Part shown: piece after piece, positions 51,501 through 63,599 of the stretch
How the letters are laid out: each line of letters starts with the position of its first letter
Position numbering within the stretch: the stretch's first letter is position 1
NCBI RefSeq assembly: GCF_964355755.1
Contig: NC_092672.1
Location: 682,001-746,000 of the forward strand
Length of the DNA stretch: 64,000 bases
From: Antedon mediterranea
Lineage: Eukaryota > Animalia > Echinodermata
Direction of reading: 5' to 3'
Position numbers and translations under genes: made by a program
Notes under the pieces: generated by a model
Database searches by the model: none
The model's input: only the letters and a program-made list of their open reading frames with translations
What the model was told of the DNA's origin: nothing

Positions 51501-54500
51501 GAGTAGTGGGTTACTATTAGAGTAGCGGGTTACTATTACAGTAGCGGGTTACTATTAGAGTACTGTAGCGGGTTACTATTAGAGTAGCGGGTTACTATTA
51601 GAGTAGTGGGTTACTATTAGAGTAGCGGGTTACTATTAGAGTAGCAGGTTACTATTAGAGTAGCGGGTTACTATAAGAGTAGCGGGTTACTATTACAGTA
51701 GCGGGTTACTATAAGAGTAGCGGGTTACTATTACAGTAGCGGGTTACTATTAGAGTAGTGGTTAATATTAGAGTAGTGGGTTACTATAGAGTAGCGGGTT
51801 ACTATTAGAGTAGCGGGTTACTATTAGAGTAGTGGGTTACTATTAGAGTAGTGGGTTACTTTAGTAAAAAGGTTCATCTGGATCACTGTATAGTATTTTG
51901 TCGAGGCCCCGACAATCCCATTTGGGAAAACCTGAACGATCTATAGATGGCGCTATACCATATACGAGATCTAATGGTAACAAGTCCAAGTCACAGAGAC
52001 TCACTCATGATTAAGCTGCGTCGTTGACCAGCGAAAGCTAGAGTAAAAAACGTAAGTTTACGAATTTTATTCGACTTTGGATCATCCAAAAGAAAATTTA
52101 CTTAAAATAGTGGGTTACTATTAGAGTAGCGGGTTACTAATTAGAGTAGCGGGTTACTAATTAGAGTAGCGGGTTACTATTAGAGTAGCGGGTTACTATT
52201 AGAGTAGCGGGTTACTATTAGAGTAGCGGGTTACTATTAGAGTAGCGGGTTACTATTAGAGTAGCGGGTTACTATATTAGAGTAGCGGGTTACTATTAGA
52301 GTAGCGGGTTACTATTAGAGTAGCGGGTTACTATTAGAGTAGCGGGTTACTATTACAGTAGCGGGTTACTATTAGAGTAGCGGGTTAATATTAGAGTAGT
52401 GGGTTACTATAGAGTAGCGGGTTACTATTAGAGTAGCGGGTTACTATTAGAGTAGCGGGTTACTATTACAGTAGCGGGTTACTATTAGAGTAGCGGGTTA
52501 CTATTAGAGTAGTGGGTTACTATTAGAGTAGTGGGTTAATATTAGAGTAGCGGGGTTACTATTAGAGTAGCGGGTTACTATTAGAGTAGCGGGTTACTAT
52601 TAGAGTAGCGGGTTACTATTAGAGTAGCGGGTTACTATTAGAGTAGCGGGTTACTATTAGAGTAGCGGGTTACTATTAGAGTAGTGGGTTACTATTAGAG
52701 TAGCGGGTTACTATTACAGTAGCGGGTTACTATTAGAGTACTGTAGCGGGTTACTATTAGAGTAGCGGGTTACTATTAGAGTAGTGGGTTACTATTAGAG
52801 TAGCGGGTTACTATTAGAGTAGCAGGTTACTATTAGAGTAGCGGGTTACTATAAGAGTAGCGGGTTACTATTACAGTAGCGGGTTACTATAAGAGTAGCG
52901 GGTTACTATTACAGTAGCGGGTTACTATTAGAGTAGTGGGTTAATATTAGAGTAGTGGGTTACTATAGAGTAGCGGGTTACTATTAGAGTAGCGGGTTAC
53001 TATTAGAGTAGTGGGTTACTATAGAGTAGCGGGTTACTATTAGAGTAGTGGGTTACTATTAGAGTAGTGGGTTACTATAGAGTAGTGGGTTACTATTAGA
53101 GTAGCGGGTTACTATTACAGTAGCGGGTTACTATTAGAGTAGCGGGTTACTATTAGAGTAGCGGGTTACTATTAGAGTAGCGGGTTACTATTAGAGTAGC
53201 GGGTTACTATTAGAGTAGCGGGTTACTATTAGAGTAGCGGGTTACTATTAGAGTAGTGGGTTACTATTAGAGTAGCGGGTTACTATTACAGTAGCGGGTT
53301 ACTATTAGAGTACTGTAGCGGGTTACTATTAGAGTAGCGGGTTACTATTAGAGTAGTGGGTTACTATTAGAGTAGCGGGTTACTATTAGAGTAGCAGGTT
53401 ACTATTAGAGTAGCGGGTTACTATAAGAGTAGCGGGTTACTATTACAGTAGCGGGTTACTATAAGAGTAGCGGGTTACTATTACAGTAGCGGGTTACTAT
53501 TAGAGTAGTGGGTTAATATTAGAGTAGTGGGTTACTATAGAGTAGCGGGTTACTATTAGAGTAGCGGGTTACTATTAGAGTAGTGGGTTACTATAGAGTA
53601 GCGGGTTACTATTAGAGTAGTGGGTTACTATTAGAGTAGTGGGTTACTATAGAGTAGTGGGTTACTATTAGAGTAGCGGGTTACTATTACAGTAGCGGGT
53701 TACTATTAGAGTAGTGGGTTACTATTAGAGTAGTGGGTTACTATTAGAGTAGCGGGTTACTATTAGAGTAGCAGGTTACTATTAGAGTAGCGGGTTACTA
53801 TAAGAGTAGCGGGTTACTATTACAGTAGCGGGTTACTATAAGAGTAGCGGGTTACTATTACAGTAGCGGGTTACTATTAGAGTAGTGGGTTAATATTAGA
53901 GTAGTGGGTTACTATAGAGTAGCGGGTTACTATTAGAGTAGCGGGTTACTATTAGAGTAGTGGGTTACTATAGAGTAGCGGGTTACTATTAGAGTAGTGG
54001 GTTACTATTAGAGTAGTGGGTTACTTTAGAGTAGTGGGTTACTATTAGAGTAGCGGGTTACTATTACAGTAGCGGGTTACTATTAGAGTAGTGGGTTACT
54101 ATTAGAGTAGCGGGTTACTATTAGAGTAGCGGGTTACTATTAGAGTAGCGGGTTACTATTAGAGTAGCGGGTTACTATTAGAGTAGCGGGTTACTATTAG
54201 AGTAGCGGGTTACTATTAGAGTAGCGGGTTACTATATTAGAGTAGCGGGTTACTATTAGAGTAGCGGGTTACTATTAGAGTAGCGGGTTACTATTAGAGT
54301 AGCGGGTTACTATTAGAGTAGCGGGTTACTATTACAGTAGCGGGTTACTATTAGAGTAGCGGGTTAATATTAGAGTAGTGGGTTACTATAGAGTAGCGGG
54401 TTACTATTAGAGTAGCGGGTTATTATTAGAGTAGCGGGTTACTATTACAGTAGCGGGTTACTATTACAGTAGCGGGTTACTATTAGAGTACTGTAGCGGG

Positions 54501-57500
54501 TTACTATTAGAGTAGCGGGTTACTATTAGAGTAGTGGGTTACTATATTAGAGTAGCGGGTTACTATATTAGAGTAGCGGGTTACTATTAGAGTAGCGGGT
54601 TACTATTAGAGTAGCGGGTTACTATTAGAGTAGCGGGTTACTATTAGAGTAGCGGGTTACTATTACAGTAGCGGGTTACTATTAGAGTAGCGGGTTACTA
54701 TTAGAGTAGCGGGTTACTATTAGAGTAGCGGGTTACTATTAGAGTAGTGGGTTACTATTAGAGTAGCGGGTTACTATTAGAGTAGCGGGTTACTATTACA
54801 GTAGCGGGTTACTATTAGAGTACTGTAGCGGGTTACTATTAGAGTAGCGGGTTACTATTAGAGTAGCGGGTTACTATTAGAGTAGCGGGTTACTATTAGA
54901 GTAGCGGGTTACTATTAGAGTAGCGGGTTACTATAAGAGTAGCGGGTTACTATTACAGTAGCGGGTTACTATTACAGTAGCGGGTTACTATTAGAGTAGT
55001 GGGTTACTATAGAGTAGCGGGTTACTATTAGAGTAGTGGGTTACTATTAGAGTAGCGGGTTACTATTAGAGTAGCGGGTTACTATTAGAGTAGTGGGTTA
55101 CTATTAGAGTAGTGGGTTACTATTAGAGTAGCGGGTTACTATTAGAGTAGCAGGTTACTATTAGAGTAGCGGGTTACTATAAGAGTAGCGGGTTACTATT
55201 ACAGTAGCGGGTTACTATAAGAGTAGCGGGTTACTAATTACAGTAGCGGGTTACTATTAGAGTAGTGGGTTAATATTAGAGTAGTGGGTTACTATAGAGT
55301 AGCGGGTTACTATTAGAGTAGCGGGTTACTATTAGAGTAGTGGGTTACTATTAGAGTAGTGGGAATAGGGTAAACAACTGGACCCTACTATGTATGTACT
55401 ACCCATGTATCGTCATCCCGGTCCATGCCGTTAATAACGTAATTATAGCCCTATAAATCATACGGTTATATTGCATTTTTTATTTAAAAAAACGTTAAAT
55501 TGTGGTAACGTTTTAAAATGGCGTAAAATGACAGCTAGACGGCATGGACCGGGGCAAGTGGTAATTTTCTGAAATGACTGGACCCTACTCGCCCAAACCC
55601 ATGTATCGTCATCCCAGTCCATGCCGTTTATAACAAAGTTATAGCCCTATAAATCATAGCCCTAGGCTAGTTAATCTAACGCCCGTATTCTTAAACCGGA
55701 CTTTAGTTGTAGTTTGAAGTTCGACTTGAAAAAGTCGTAGTTCGAGCTATTACTTCAAATTCGATTAAAAAACAAAGTACCATAGTCGAAGTTTGCAGTT
55801 CGACTTAATGAAGTCGAGCTTTTAGTTGAGTTGCACACGTCTGGGTAACAAAGGCTATACATTGACCAATGACAAGAGAGTATTTGAGGAGCAGACGAAA
55901 TTTTGCGCATTGATATCACTTTCCATTTTCTAACAACACTTTTTACGCATCAGGACTATATACATGAAAAGTAATTTTAATCGTTAATTATTAGAACAAG
56001 ATCAGTATCAATTTAACACTCAGTGAAGTACTTTTGATTAACAACAAACAAAATATTCTAAATATATTCAGGAACCATGGCGGTACGGTAACTTTTATAT
56101 TTTCTAGGCCCCCAACAAAGTATGATCGCGACGAACCACGCACTTCATTGCGTGACAAGAAAGCGCTAGGCCCCCTAAACATTCCATCGCGTGGTGAATT
56201 TCCGCATCTGCCATTGTCGCTATGGCGTGACGTAGTTCAAGTCGGACTTGCGGGAAGAAAATAATGTAATTTGTATACGGTTGTAAATAAAGATTATTTT
56301 CATTATTATAACTTATACCAATGTATACTTATTAAGTTAATATAAAAATAGATATTTCATTTTTCAATATCTGGCCAATATAACAACTCAATGACTGTTA
56401 CATTTTTCATAAACATCGTTTAAAAACCATTTAGTTGACCATTTAGCCTGCCCCCTCCAGGACTAAAAAAATCGATCAAAATTCGTCTCGATTTAGTCGA
56501 GGTTGGCCTGAATTAGTCGGCGATTTAGTTGAAGTTCGGTTTATGAATTAAAATGACGTCATTTTTAACGTTTTAGCTCGAACTACTGTACGACTAAAGT
56601 CCGGTTTAAGAATACGGGCGTTAGTCTAGGCCTAGGCCTAAGCCGTAAGTATAAAATCATTTAATTAAAATATTAGGTGTCTGATCATTTCGGCCGCCAG
56701 TCATTTCGGCTGCCGGTTATGGAACGCCCAAAATCATGAAACGCCAAAAAAGACAAAATATGTATTGTTCATTTCGGCCGCCAGAATCGTCAATATTGTT
56801 AATAACGTATGGCACGCCTTAATTGTCAAAAAGGGTGTATACATGTGCCTATCATCTGAATAGACGTGTGTAAATGGTGTCAGATGAAATCGATCGTGTT
56901 TGAAATCGGTCGCGATAAAATAAACATCCGGTATTTGGTATGGAGCGCCGCTAGATACGCTTTTTATCCTATTAGTTATGTTTGATATCGGTCGCGTTTT
57001 ATTTTGGTCGCGCTAATTTGTATATGGCGCATTAGATACATTTTTAATGAAAACGTTCATTATGTTTTTAGTTAATTTTGAATATTGGAATTTCTAATAA
57101 TACTGTTTGACATTTTTTTAAACCTCGATCGTTATTTTTTAAGTACAGTAAATATAAATATTTATCTCATTATTTATAAATAATTTGTGTTTCCATTTTA
57201 TCTTACAGGTTTTAATGAATTGTAATGTGTTCTTTTAGCATGACGTTGTTTAAGGTTTTGAAAATAAATAATAATTTAATAGTTAAACAAGTAGACGCGC
57301 CTATTGCGTATTTTTTAATCACAGTTAATTACAAAACTCGTTTTATACCTGCAAGTGGATACCAGCTCAATGAGGTTTATGCAATACTGTAAAGGAATTT
57401 GATGCATGATGATGATTTTTGCATTCGATATCCGCCACTCTGATGTGAGCATGGTTTAGGATAATAATAAAATATATAGATAATATTCCGTTATAAATCA

Positions 57501-59004
57501 ATCTACCAGCCCTACAGTAGGTGTATGATGTACAATGATAGATGTGAGAATAATGTATGGATAATAAACATTTAGATCTACGAACGTCGTATGGATGTTA
57601 TGTGAGACTACTTACTTAATTATTTACATTAAATGATTATTGTAAATAAAGAAATAAAAGATATTTTTCAAATTAAAATCTATAGTATCGACGTACAGTA
57701 TACGTAAATTATATACATCGTTTCACAAAAACACGTGCAGGAGGCAAAGATGACGTCTATTACTAATAATATTAGTAATAGACGTCATCTTTACCTGGCC
57801 ATGGACTACGATCGTACGTGTTTTGTCCATGATTTGACACGCTAACAAGTGCGTGCTTTTTAAAAAGGGGAAACCCCGTCAGCAAAATAACGCATTGTTA
57901 GAGGAAACAGCTGCCCGATCATAGAAAGCGCATCTCCCCCAATACGGCTTATTCGGGGGTTTATTTCAGTAACTCGCCTTTTAACCATCCGCATATAATG
58001 ATCATTTTTACTAACAACTATTTTAAACATAACATTAGAAATAAAAGTATACACGTGATTTGTCTCAACAATTATTATTATACACTTAATATTATCCTAC
58101 ATAACGGATGTAAATAAAATAAAAAAATAAAATTAGGTGATCGAATAGTAGGTTATGTTGTTAACGACATGATATAATCTGCCACACAGTATGCATAAGT
58201 ATAACAATGGATACGCTGGCTTTACGGGCTATACATTGTAACAATTATTGTTTTTAAATAAATTGTTCTCTTTTACGTAATTGTTTGCATAATAAAGGAC
58301 AGACGTATATTCCCTATATAATATATTAATTACAATACATATAAATAGAGGTAAATTATTATATGCCTGATATAATATTATACCTAATTGGTTGGGCTCA
58401 GTCAAGAAGAAGCCGGCGAATGATAGTAAAATAGCGCAACTCTATACAAATCAAAAAGTATGATCGTTTTTGTTGATTGCTGCTTGCTGTTTGAATACGC
58501 ACGTCTATTCAGGCGATAGGCACACCATTTTTTATAATTGAGGCGTGCCATACATTAACAATATTGACGATTGTGGCGGCCGAAATGAACAATACATATT
58601 TTGTCCTTTTTGGCGTTTCATGATTTTAGGAGTTCCATAACCGGCAGCCGAAATGACTGGCGGCCGATATGCACTACTGTGACCAAATATTACACATATT
58701 GCGCCCCCTACATGTGAATGTGAAATAAGGATCCAATTTCACAAAAAAAATTGAATATCGAATAAGGAATAAGTAACCAACTTCACGCCGGTGCCTAGGC
58801 CCTCTAGCTTGGCCTAGGTAGGCTTGCTAGGCTAGGCCTACTAGCTAGACTAGCTAGCTAGGCTAGGGCCTAGCCTAGGACTAGCTAGGCGCAATAAATA
58901 ATACTGTAACAGAAAGCTGGTCAGCAAATGCATATTTATTATCTTTAAAACTATAGTTTTACCTGGTTGACAGCGTCCTGTAGTTGGGTTACACGATCTG
59001 CCAT
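48502..59004 (-). CDS. MED21: Mediator of RNA polymerase II transcription subunit 21 (SRB7)
   Basis: Exons 59004-58963, 50557-50476, 50132-49999 and 48675-48502 give 143 aa: [28 protein letters not shown]...[41 protein letters not shown]...[14 protein letters not shown]; GT-AG boundaries, phases consistent. Confidence 0.96.
48710..49609. repeat. 32-bp minisatellite (~28 copies) in MED21 intron 3
   Basis: Unit TTTATACAGTAATAGCA(T/C)GTAAAGTATCTTAG. Confidence 0.97.
50610..55363. repeat. 19-bp minisatellite (~4.7 kb) in MED21 intron 1, interrupted twice by the same ~245-bp unique block
   Basis: Unit AGAGTAG(C/T)GGGTTACTATT; apparently identical inserts at ~50645-50890 and ~51861-52106. Confidence 0.97.
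55680..56620. mobile_element. Non-autonomous PIF/Harbinger-like DNA transposon
   Basis: Perfect TIR CGCCCGTATTCTTAAACCGGACTTTAGT / ACTAAAGTCCGGTTTAAGAATACGGGCG; TWA flanks; subterminal AGTTCGA/AGTCGA repeats. Confidence 0.8.
56676..58684. mobile_element. Non-autonomous Mutator-like (MULE/foldback) element with ~190-bp TIRs
   Basis: 8-bp TSD AAATATTA (56668-75, 58685-92); termini GGT..ACC; long inverted repeats (CATTTCGGCCGCCAGTCATTTCGGCTGCCGGTTATGGAAC...) at both ends. Confidence 0.85.
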
Positions 59005-59049
59005 TTCATTTTTCTATACTGTACCTTCTTCTTCCTTATGTTATGTTTT

Positions 59050-59364
59050 TTTTTTGTCTCTCAAGAAAGAGTTGGTTGGTGATGGTTCGTCGACGACCGC
59101 CCGAACAACAACAACTCTCTCGCCCTCTCTCTCTCCTCTCTCTTCCCCCCGGCCCCCCCCCCCCCAATCGACTATATAGTGCGCCCCCACTGCTACATTA
59201 GCGTTCCAACGCGTTGGTGGCGCAATGTTCATTTATTCACAGGGGAAATCCCCATTTTAATTATAGAGATTGTATGGCACTTGGGAAAAACCAGTCAGAC
59301 CTTGTACACAATTTCCAAGTCTTCTTTCACATTTTATACGTAAAACTTGCCAAAAAGTAGAAAG
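59050..59364. promoter_or_regulatory. Candidate bidirectional promoter for MED21 and the TRIM-NHL gene, with TRIM 5'UTR donor
   Basis: GC/CpG-enriched patch; GGGGAAATCCCC at 59242-59253; plus-strand donor AAAG|GTAAGG at 59364 and acceptor TTTTAG| at 60978, just upstream of the TRIM ATG. Confidence 0.55.
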
Positions 59365-59549
59365 GTAAGGTGCCACGTAATACTTACATAAATATTTTGT
59401 TTAATGTATAGGCCTACAATATAAGAATTTATGATTTTAATATCGTTATTACAGATTCGAAAGAAACCCGCTCCGGCCCTTCTTTCTTGCTAATGCTTGT
59501 TTGGTTGGCCTAGGCTACTAGCTAGGGCCGAGTAGCTAGTTAGTAGACC

Positions 59550-60466
59550 TGTCACACCAAAATCAGTCCGGGCTAAAATCGGTCCGGCGGACCAGTTTTG
59601 GCTGCCAAAATCAGTCCGGGGGACCATTTATGGCTGTCAAAACCTGTCCGGCCGGACCAATTTTGGCCGCCAAAACTGGTCCGGCCTCGATAAAATCGGT
59701 CCGGGCAGTATAGTAGGACTGTTTTTGGCCGTCAAATATGGTCCGGTCTTACAAATATATGGTGCGCAAAATGAGTCATAATGTATATATCATTAAAAAA
59801 AAGGCCATGATTAGTCATTATATTGAAAACTACGGGTTTTTATTTGTTATTTTAATATTATAAATTAAGCCTGTTTTTTTATTATCATTATTAGTAGTAA
59901 CTCATCAATAATTAGTACTAATTGTTAGGCTTTTTGTATACAATATGTATCTCTGCCTGTTTTTAATCCATTTTGTTCTTTTTTAACATCTTCGTTTCCC
60001 CATGATGTTAAAAACAATTTAATTTATTAATTATTTATGGTTAATCAATCAATATATCAATTCAATACAATTATTATAAAACAATTATCCAATATTGATT
60101 AGGCTGAGGAAGGAAAAAGGCCTCAATCATAAATAAAATCTAGCTGACAATATCAGCGTCTCATACCCGTTCGTGTGAGTGTGTGGCAGGCCGAAATATG
60201 AGTGAACACCTAAGTCATGTTTTTAGATAAAATACATTTATTTATAGTATTTATCCGACAAGATTACTCACTTATATATATCATGGGATATTTTTCTAGC
60301 CATAAACAACTTAAAACAGCATCATAGGCCTAGTAATTCAATTAAAATCGACAGAAGAAAAGCCCGGACCGATTTTGGCAGTGGCGGACTGCTTTTGGCC
60401 ACAATTTTAGAGCCAAAACTGGTCCGGCCGGACCGATTTTGGCCCCGGACCATATTTATCGTGACA
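59550..60466. mobile_element. Non-autonomous Ginger-like DNA transposon
   Basis: Termini TGTCAC...GTGACA, 4-bp TSD GACC (59546-49, 60467-70), arrays of subterminal AAAATCGGTCCGG / CCGGACCGATTTT repeats. Confidence 0.7.
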
Positions 60467-61016
60467 GACCCTACATGCAGGAATTGGCACAAGCGATTTT
60501 TTTTTATTCTTATAATGAATGTTTTTTAAGGTCCAAATGTTAATACTACTGTGATCCTAGGTTCATAAAGCAATGGGCAATGTCACTTCTAGTCTATCTG
60601 AAAAAATTAAAAATTGTACAAAAAATAGGAGGGGTATTTTTTCAATCTTAATTTTTATTTTATAAAAAGTATATTAAAATCAAAACACAATTTAAAGTAA
60701 AAAAATGTTTAACCAAACAATTTATCCGACAATAGGCCTACATTTTAAATAGACTATTATGGCCAACAACGTTCACTGCCACAGGTTTTAGCATAAATTA
60801 AAAAAAAAATTGTATTTTTCTGCAAATTGACGCATCGTTTTTATCATAAATTATTATTATTATATATTTGGCACCCCCAATCTATTAAGCTGGATCCACC
60901 CCTGCACTGGCATTACAGTTTAATATAATATATTTTTAGGCCTATCATTTATAAATTTTATTTTTTCAATTATTTTAGGTCACCATCGTAATTCATACAA
61001 AGGAGCTTTCTGGAAA

Positions 61017-63599
61017 ATGGCATACTTTTTGGGGGATAGAGAGAACCAGCAGATCCTAGAGGAAATAAAACAAATGGCTTCATGTCCAATTTGTGGCTGT
61101 GAATATGATGAACACACAAACCGGCCAAAAGTTCTGCCATGTGCCTACAAAAGACACACTTTGTGTAAAGTTTGCATTGAGAACCAGATTCAACACAGTT
61201 GCATCGATGGGAAGTTTGAATGTCCTTTTTGCAGACACCAACATGAAGCTCCACCAGAAGGTGAAAATCTTGATGAATACTATACTGATAACACAGAAAA
61301 ACATGAACTGAGGGATCTACTCAAAAATCAAATGTTGAAAAATGATAAAACTAAAGTGTACTATCCAATCTGTGACAGTTGTAATTCAAACAATAAAGCA
61401 GTTGCTTGGTGTGAAAGTTGTTCTCAGATTTTATGCAAAGTATGTTGTGAAACGCATGATAGGCTTCTAATAGACAACCATCCTTTATCTGTACCTTTAA
61501 ACTCTATTGATTTAAGTAAAGTTGACAGAAAAACAAGATGTCAAAAGCACAAACGGCAAGCCATTACTTGGGTATGCTATCATTACAATCTGGAGGGTGA
61601 ATATCTGTGCAATGAATGTGTCAAAGATGGCCGTCACAAAGACCATACTCATGTGGATCTGAAAACAGAAACCGAGAAAGAGAAAACAGAACTTGAAGAT
61701 TTATTAACAAATGCACGCATCAAAAACAAGAAATTTATCGATCTAAAGGATAAGTTAAAAGGTGCTATAGATACTCTTAACAGAAACTCTGATAACGTGG
61801 AATTAGAAATTAGTATTTGGCAAGACAAGTTCATGACAATGCTACAAGTTCATAAAGAAGGCAAGAAGTGTGAGTTTCTTGAAATCAAGGAAGAGAAGTC
61901 AAATAAATTAAAGAAACAAGCCCAAGAAACAGACAAATGGTTGAGCATACTTCAAAACATTGAGAATGAGGTTGATCAACTTCAGCATGCATCACCAATT
62001 TCCAAGTTAGACCACATTAAGAAAATATCAAATGCTCTAAACGAGTATCTTGCTTTAAAAATAGATGATGCACCAACCAACGTATACATGAAAGTTAAAA
62101 AATTCAACTCTGATAAAGAGTTTCAAGAATGCCTAGATAAATCTATTAAGATCAAAACAAGACCATGCCAATTTCATATAGCTTACCCAGCTGTAGCCTT
62201 TCAAGATCATGCGTTTGAACTCCATATCCAGTCAATTTCAAACAGTGAAAGGTGTACAATCGGTGGTCTTCCAGTAAGAGCAAGAGTTAATTCTCCTTGC
62301 TGTAGTGATCATAAGATCCTAGAACTAACTCCTAGGGATGAAAGGAATGGAAAATATGTGTTCAACTTTAAGCCAAAATCCACAGGCTTATATAAGTTTC
62401 ACATTTATTTAGAGGACAATGTCGAGCCAGTAGACAATATTGATATTTTTGTTCACCTGGCCGAGTTTGTTTACAATCGACTCACTCCTTGTGATCAAAC
62501 ATATCAATTACAAGTAAGTTTCAAGACTAAGATTGACCTTGATGTAATTCAGAACCTTGATGTGGCATGCAATGGTGAAGTCTGTGCTGCTGTGCAACCT
62601 CAAGGGATAATCTATCAGCCTGATTTCATTGCTGAATTTCTACCAACCAAACTTGGTAAGATTAGGACATGTATCACCTCCAATGACATGAGAATAGCCG
62701 GACCATTTACAACTTCTGTTTGTAAACAAATCATGTGGGAGCGTACCGCTAACATACCCGAAGAAGACGTAGTGACAGACCTTGCAGTGCACAAAGATGG
62801 CCACGTCTATCTTGCAGTTACTACTCCATCAAATAGAAAGATCGTTTTGTTTAATTATGAGGAAGATCCAGTTGTTGCCAATACTGTAGTATCTTACCAA
62901 AATGAAGGCATCTCAGCCTTATTTATTGCTTTTGATAACGATGCAAAACTGTTTGTCTTGAATGTAACCAATATCAAAGAAGATGCCGATACTGAAATTG
63001 ATACCAAAACGGAACTTCAAATTATTACTGCCAATGGTCAGCATTCATATATTTTAGAGTCACTAACAAGCCCTGGTGGGCTTGCTGTCAGTCCATCTGG
63101 ATCTATCATTGCCATTTCTGACAAAAAAGAACACAATATATGCTTATTCAATTTGCCAGAAGTCACAGACCACATGACTCCTTTCAAAGTATTAGGAGAG
63201 TATGGTAATGTTTGGGGCAAGTTTGTCAACCCAACAGGTCTACTTATAAAACGGGAAGAATGGTTGTTTATCTGCGACACTGACAATGGTCGGATACAGG
63301 AACTTGATATGAATGGTGATACAAAGCATGTGTATGGATCAGTACGTAGACTTCAACATCCGGAATCTGTCTGCTTTTCTTCAGAAGGTCACCTTCTTAT
63401 TTTGGATGGTGAAAAACTTGTTGCTATTGATGTTGACTCTCACTGCCGGAAAACAATCTGTGAAATTGAAATCAGCTGCAACGGCAGAAAGTGTGATTTC
63501 AATCACCAAATTTGCTGCCTTCCAGATTGCCAAGTATTGCGCATCTGCTGTGGGAATAATGACATGAACATTTTTAGATATGCTGTCTCACAACGTTAG
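61017..63599 (+). CDS. TRIM-NHL family E3 ubiquitin ligase (RING, 2 B-box, coiled coil, filamin/Ig, NHL propeller), 860 aa, single coding exon
   Basis: RING CPIC...LPCAYKRHTLCKVC...CPFC; B-box1 CDSC..WCESCSQILCKVC..H; B-box2 CQKH..LCNEC..HKDH; charged coiled coil; filamin-like DERNGKYVFNFKPKSTGLYKFHI; NHL repeats SPGGLAVSPSG..ISD and FVNPTGLLI..FICDTDNGRIQ. Architecture is TRIM2/3/71/56-like; no specific orthologue claimed. Confidence 0.92.
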   Translation: MAYFLGDRENQQILEEIKQMASCPICGCEYDEHTNRPKVLPCAYKRHTLCKVCIENQIQHSCIDGKFECPFCRHQHEAPPEGENLDEYYTDNTEKHELRDLLKNQMLKNDKTKVYYPICDSCNSNNKAVAWCESCSQILCKVCCETHDRLLIDNHPLSVPLNSIDLSKVDRKTRCQKHKRQAITWVCYHYNLEGEYLCNECVKDGRHKDHTHVDLKTETEKEKTELEDLLTNARIKNKKFIDLKDKLKGAIDTLNRNSDNVELEISIWQDKFMTMLQVHKEGKKCEFLEIKEEKSNKLKKQAQETDKWLSILQNIENEVDQLQHASPISKLDHIKKISNALNEYLALKIDDAPTNVYMKVKKFNSDKEFQECLDKSIKIKTRPCQFHIAYPAVAFQDHAFELHIQSISNSERCTIGGLPVRARVNSPCCSDHKILELTPRDERNGKYVFNFKPKSTGLYKFHIYLEDNVEPVDNIDIFVHLAEFVYNRLTPCDQTYQLQVSFKTKIDLDVIQNLDVACNGEVCAAVQPQGIIYQPDFIAEFLPTKLGKIRTCITSNDMRIAGPFTTSVCKQIMWERTANIPEEDVVTDLAVHKDGHVYLAVTTPSNRKIVLFNYEEDPVVANTVVSYQNEGISALFIAFDNDAKLFVLNVTNIKEDADTEIDTKTELQIITANGQHSYILESLTSPGGLAVSPSGSIIAISDKKEHNICLFNLPEVTDHMTPFKVLGEYGNVWGKFVNPTGLLIKREEWLFICDTDNGRIQELDMNGDTKHVYGSVRRLQHPESVCFSSEGHLLILDGEKLVAIDVDSHCRKTICEIEISCNGRKCDFNHQICCLPDCQVLRICCGNNDMNIFRYAVSQR

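Noticed and set aside
50890-55363. Interstitial telomere
   Set aside because: Only one GGGTTA per 19-bp unit; not a (TTAGGG)n tract.
55991-58054. Short ORFs inside the Harbinger-like and MULE-like elements as transposases
   Set aside because: Under 80 aa with no DDE or DNA-binding motifs recognised.
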